Part shown: positions 59,187 through 60,530 of the stretch, in pieces
Layout: every line of letters begins with the position of its first letter
Position numbering within the stretch: position 1 is the stretch's first letter
Source of the DNA: a virus
Lineage: Duplodnaviria > Caudoviricetes
DNA length: 60,530 nucleotides
IMG/VR virus record: IMGVR_UViG_3300042938_000567
Location: 1-60,530 of that record
Strand: one strand, 5' to 3'
Position numbers and translations under genes: made by a program
Notes under the pieces: model-generated
What the model saw: the letters and a program-made list of their open reading frames with translations, nothing else
Database searches by the model: none
Told to the model about the DNA's origin: nothing

Positions 59187-60380
59187 TTAAACCGCTACGC
59201 AAGGTGCTGGATTCACATCATCTTGGCAACGCTTGTAGACAATTGCCACAACATTCTGTGGACGAATTGGCTGAATAGCTCGTTGGATTTGATAGATGTG
59301 CTGACCGAAGTCACCATACAAGTTACAATCGTTGTCGCGGAAGTATGTCCACTCCAGTTCACCCATAGCGAGTTGGGGAGCGAAACGGAATGTTCCTTCA
59401 CCAACGTAGCTTTCGGGGACGAGACGCTTGAACGCATTGCCAGCAATAACGAACATGACTTCGTACGTTGCGGCAACCCATGCTGGGTTACGGCGTTGAG
59501 CGAAACCATTCGTTACGGCAGTCGAGACGATTGGGTTAACAAGGGTAAGAACACCAGCGACATTCGCGGTAGCGCGAAGGGGCTGTTGGTCGATACCGAA
59601 TGCGAAACCACGATAACCTTGGAAGGAGTAACCAGAAATGGCAGTCTCACCAAGTTTGAACGAACCAGTCGTAAGACCGATCAGATCTTCCTTAACGTCC
59701 GCATCGTTTCTGAAATTTTCGATCTGGTCAGCAGAAGCGATAACTTGGAAGAATTCACCCTCAGAGGTAGCGAATGGTTCAGCAAGCATCTCTTCACGCA
59801 GGAACGTGCCGAGTTTGTAGAGAGTCCTGAAGTTCATAGGAGCATCAGGAACTTTGTTGGCAAACAGGGTGTTGATCTGCTGCATATCACCAGTCAAGTT
59901 AGCAGAGAATGTAGCAGTGGAATCCACTACATATTTAATGCCAGACTGAAGGAGATACTGATAGCGGATGTCAGCGTTGATCAACTGAAGGATCGTCTTT
60001 TCGAGCGATACTTGAGCTTGTAGGTAAGAACCTTTAAATGCTGTGCGAGCTTGCTTTACGCAAACACGGGGGCCAGCACCACGAAGGGTCTGAAGTTGGA
60101 ACTGATACTCAGTCGAGCCAACAACGTCAGGGGTTGCACCGATTCCACAGAGGGTCGTGTCGTTAACGAAGGTAGGAGCAGCGAGTGAAGCGGCAGGGAC
60201 TGCCATTTCCTCAACTACGCTACGAACAACGTCCGATACGTTTGGAAGGGTTCCACCATCGATGCTGTTGATGTAAGGACTTTTACGAGCGAGAACCCGC
60301 CCGATTTGTCCGATGATACGATTCACGTCTTTAGACGCAAAATCTTGGATTGCTGCTAGTGAAATACATTCTTGAGCCAT
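59187..60380 (-). CDS. Major capsid protein, copy B (397 aa)
   Basis: Same position relative to the cassette as copy A; shared motifs G..(E/S)Y.F.L, (I/V)CV, R..Y..QSG.K and G..EW....CN. Confidence 0.75.
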   Translation of the reverse strand: MAQECISLAAIQDFASKDVNRIIGQIGRVLARKSPYINSIDGGTLPNVSDVVRSVVEEMAVPAASLAAPTFVNDTTLCGIGATPDVVGSTEYQFQLQTLRGAGPRVCVKQARTAFKGSYLQAQVSLEKTILQLINADIRYQYLLQSGIKYVVDSTATFSANLTGDMQQINTLFANKVPDAPMNFRTLYKLGTFLREEMLAEPFATSEGEFFQVIASADQIENFRNDADVKEDLIGLTTGSFKLGETAISGYSFQGYRGFAFGIDQQPLRATANVAGVLTLVNPIVSTAVTNGFAQRRNPAWVAATYEVMFVIAGNAFKRLVPESYVGEGTFRFAPQLAMGELEWTYFRDNDCNLYGDFGQHIYQIQRAIQPIRPQNVVAIVYKRCQDDVNPAPCVAV

Positions 60381-60530
60381 AATTTTAGTTTTTTAATTGA
60401 TTGTTTGTTTTGGGTTTGTTCTGCTTGAACTCCCGAAGAAAAATTCTACGGGCAACATTCAAGACGAAAAGATCCGCTATCGGTTCTTAACGATTTGTTT
60501 CTTGGTTTTGTTGCCCCGGCACGTTGGGCT

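Overview
Essentially a whole podovirus-like tailed phage genome, probably from an aquatic metagenome. A PVC/Verrucomicrobia-like host is inferred only from the PATR-repeat proteins and the A-rich leaders lacking Shine-Dalgarno sites. Modules: head (portal, scaffold, major capsid, terminase), initiator plus DnaB replication, recombination and nucleotide genes, an early region, ejection proteins, tail tube and adaptor, three tailspikes, collagen-like fibres and lysis genes. No DNA polymerase, integrase, tRNA or CRISPR array was seen. Main observations: (1) two highly divergent major capsid genes (4787-6199 and 59187-60380), each heading a closely related copy of a decoration/fibre cassette. Bases 1-127 are exactly identical to 53674-53800, so this is either a real dual-capsid-module genome or a lasso contig made of a 53,673-bp circle plus a branch from another phage. 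(2) A 16-bp palindrome TTATCG-KWWM-CGATAA occurs at least 16 times, both inside genes and at structural-gene starts, but not in the second capsid module. (3) A type II hammerhead ribozyme with pseudoknot sits in the early region. (4) Several structured RNA leaders, a homing-endonuclease insertion that regenerates its target gene's N-terminus, and a tailspike cassette with a repeated 27-aa peptide. All functional calls come from motif recognition by eye, with no database searches.
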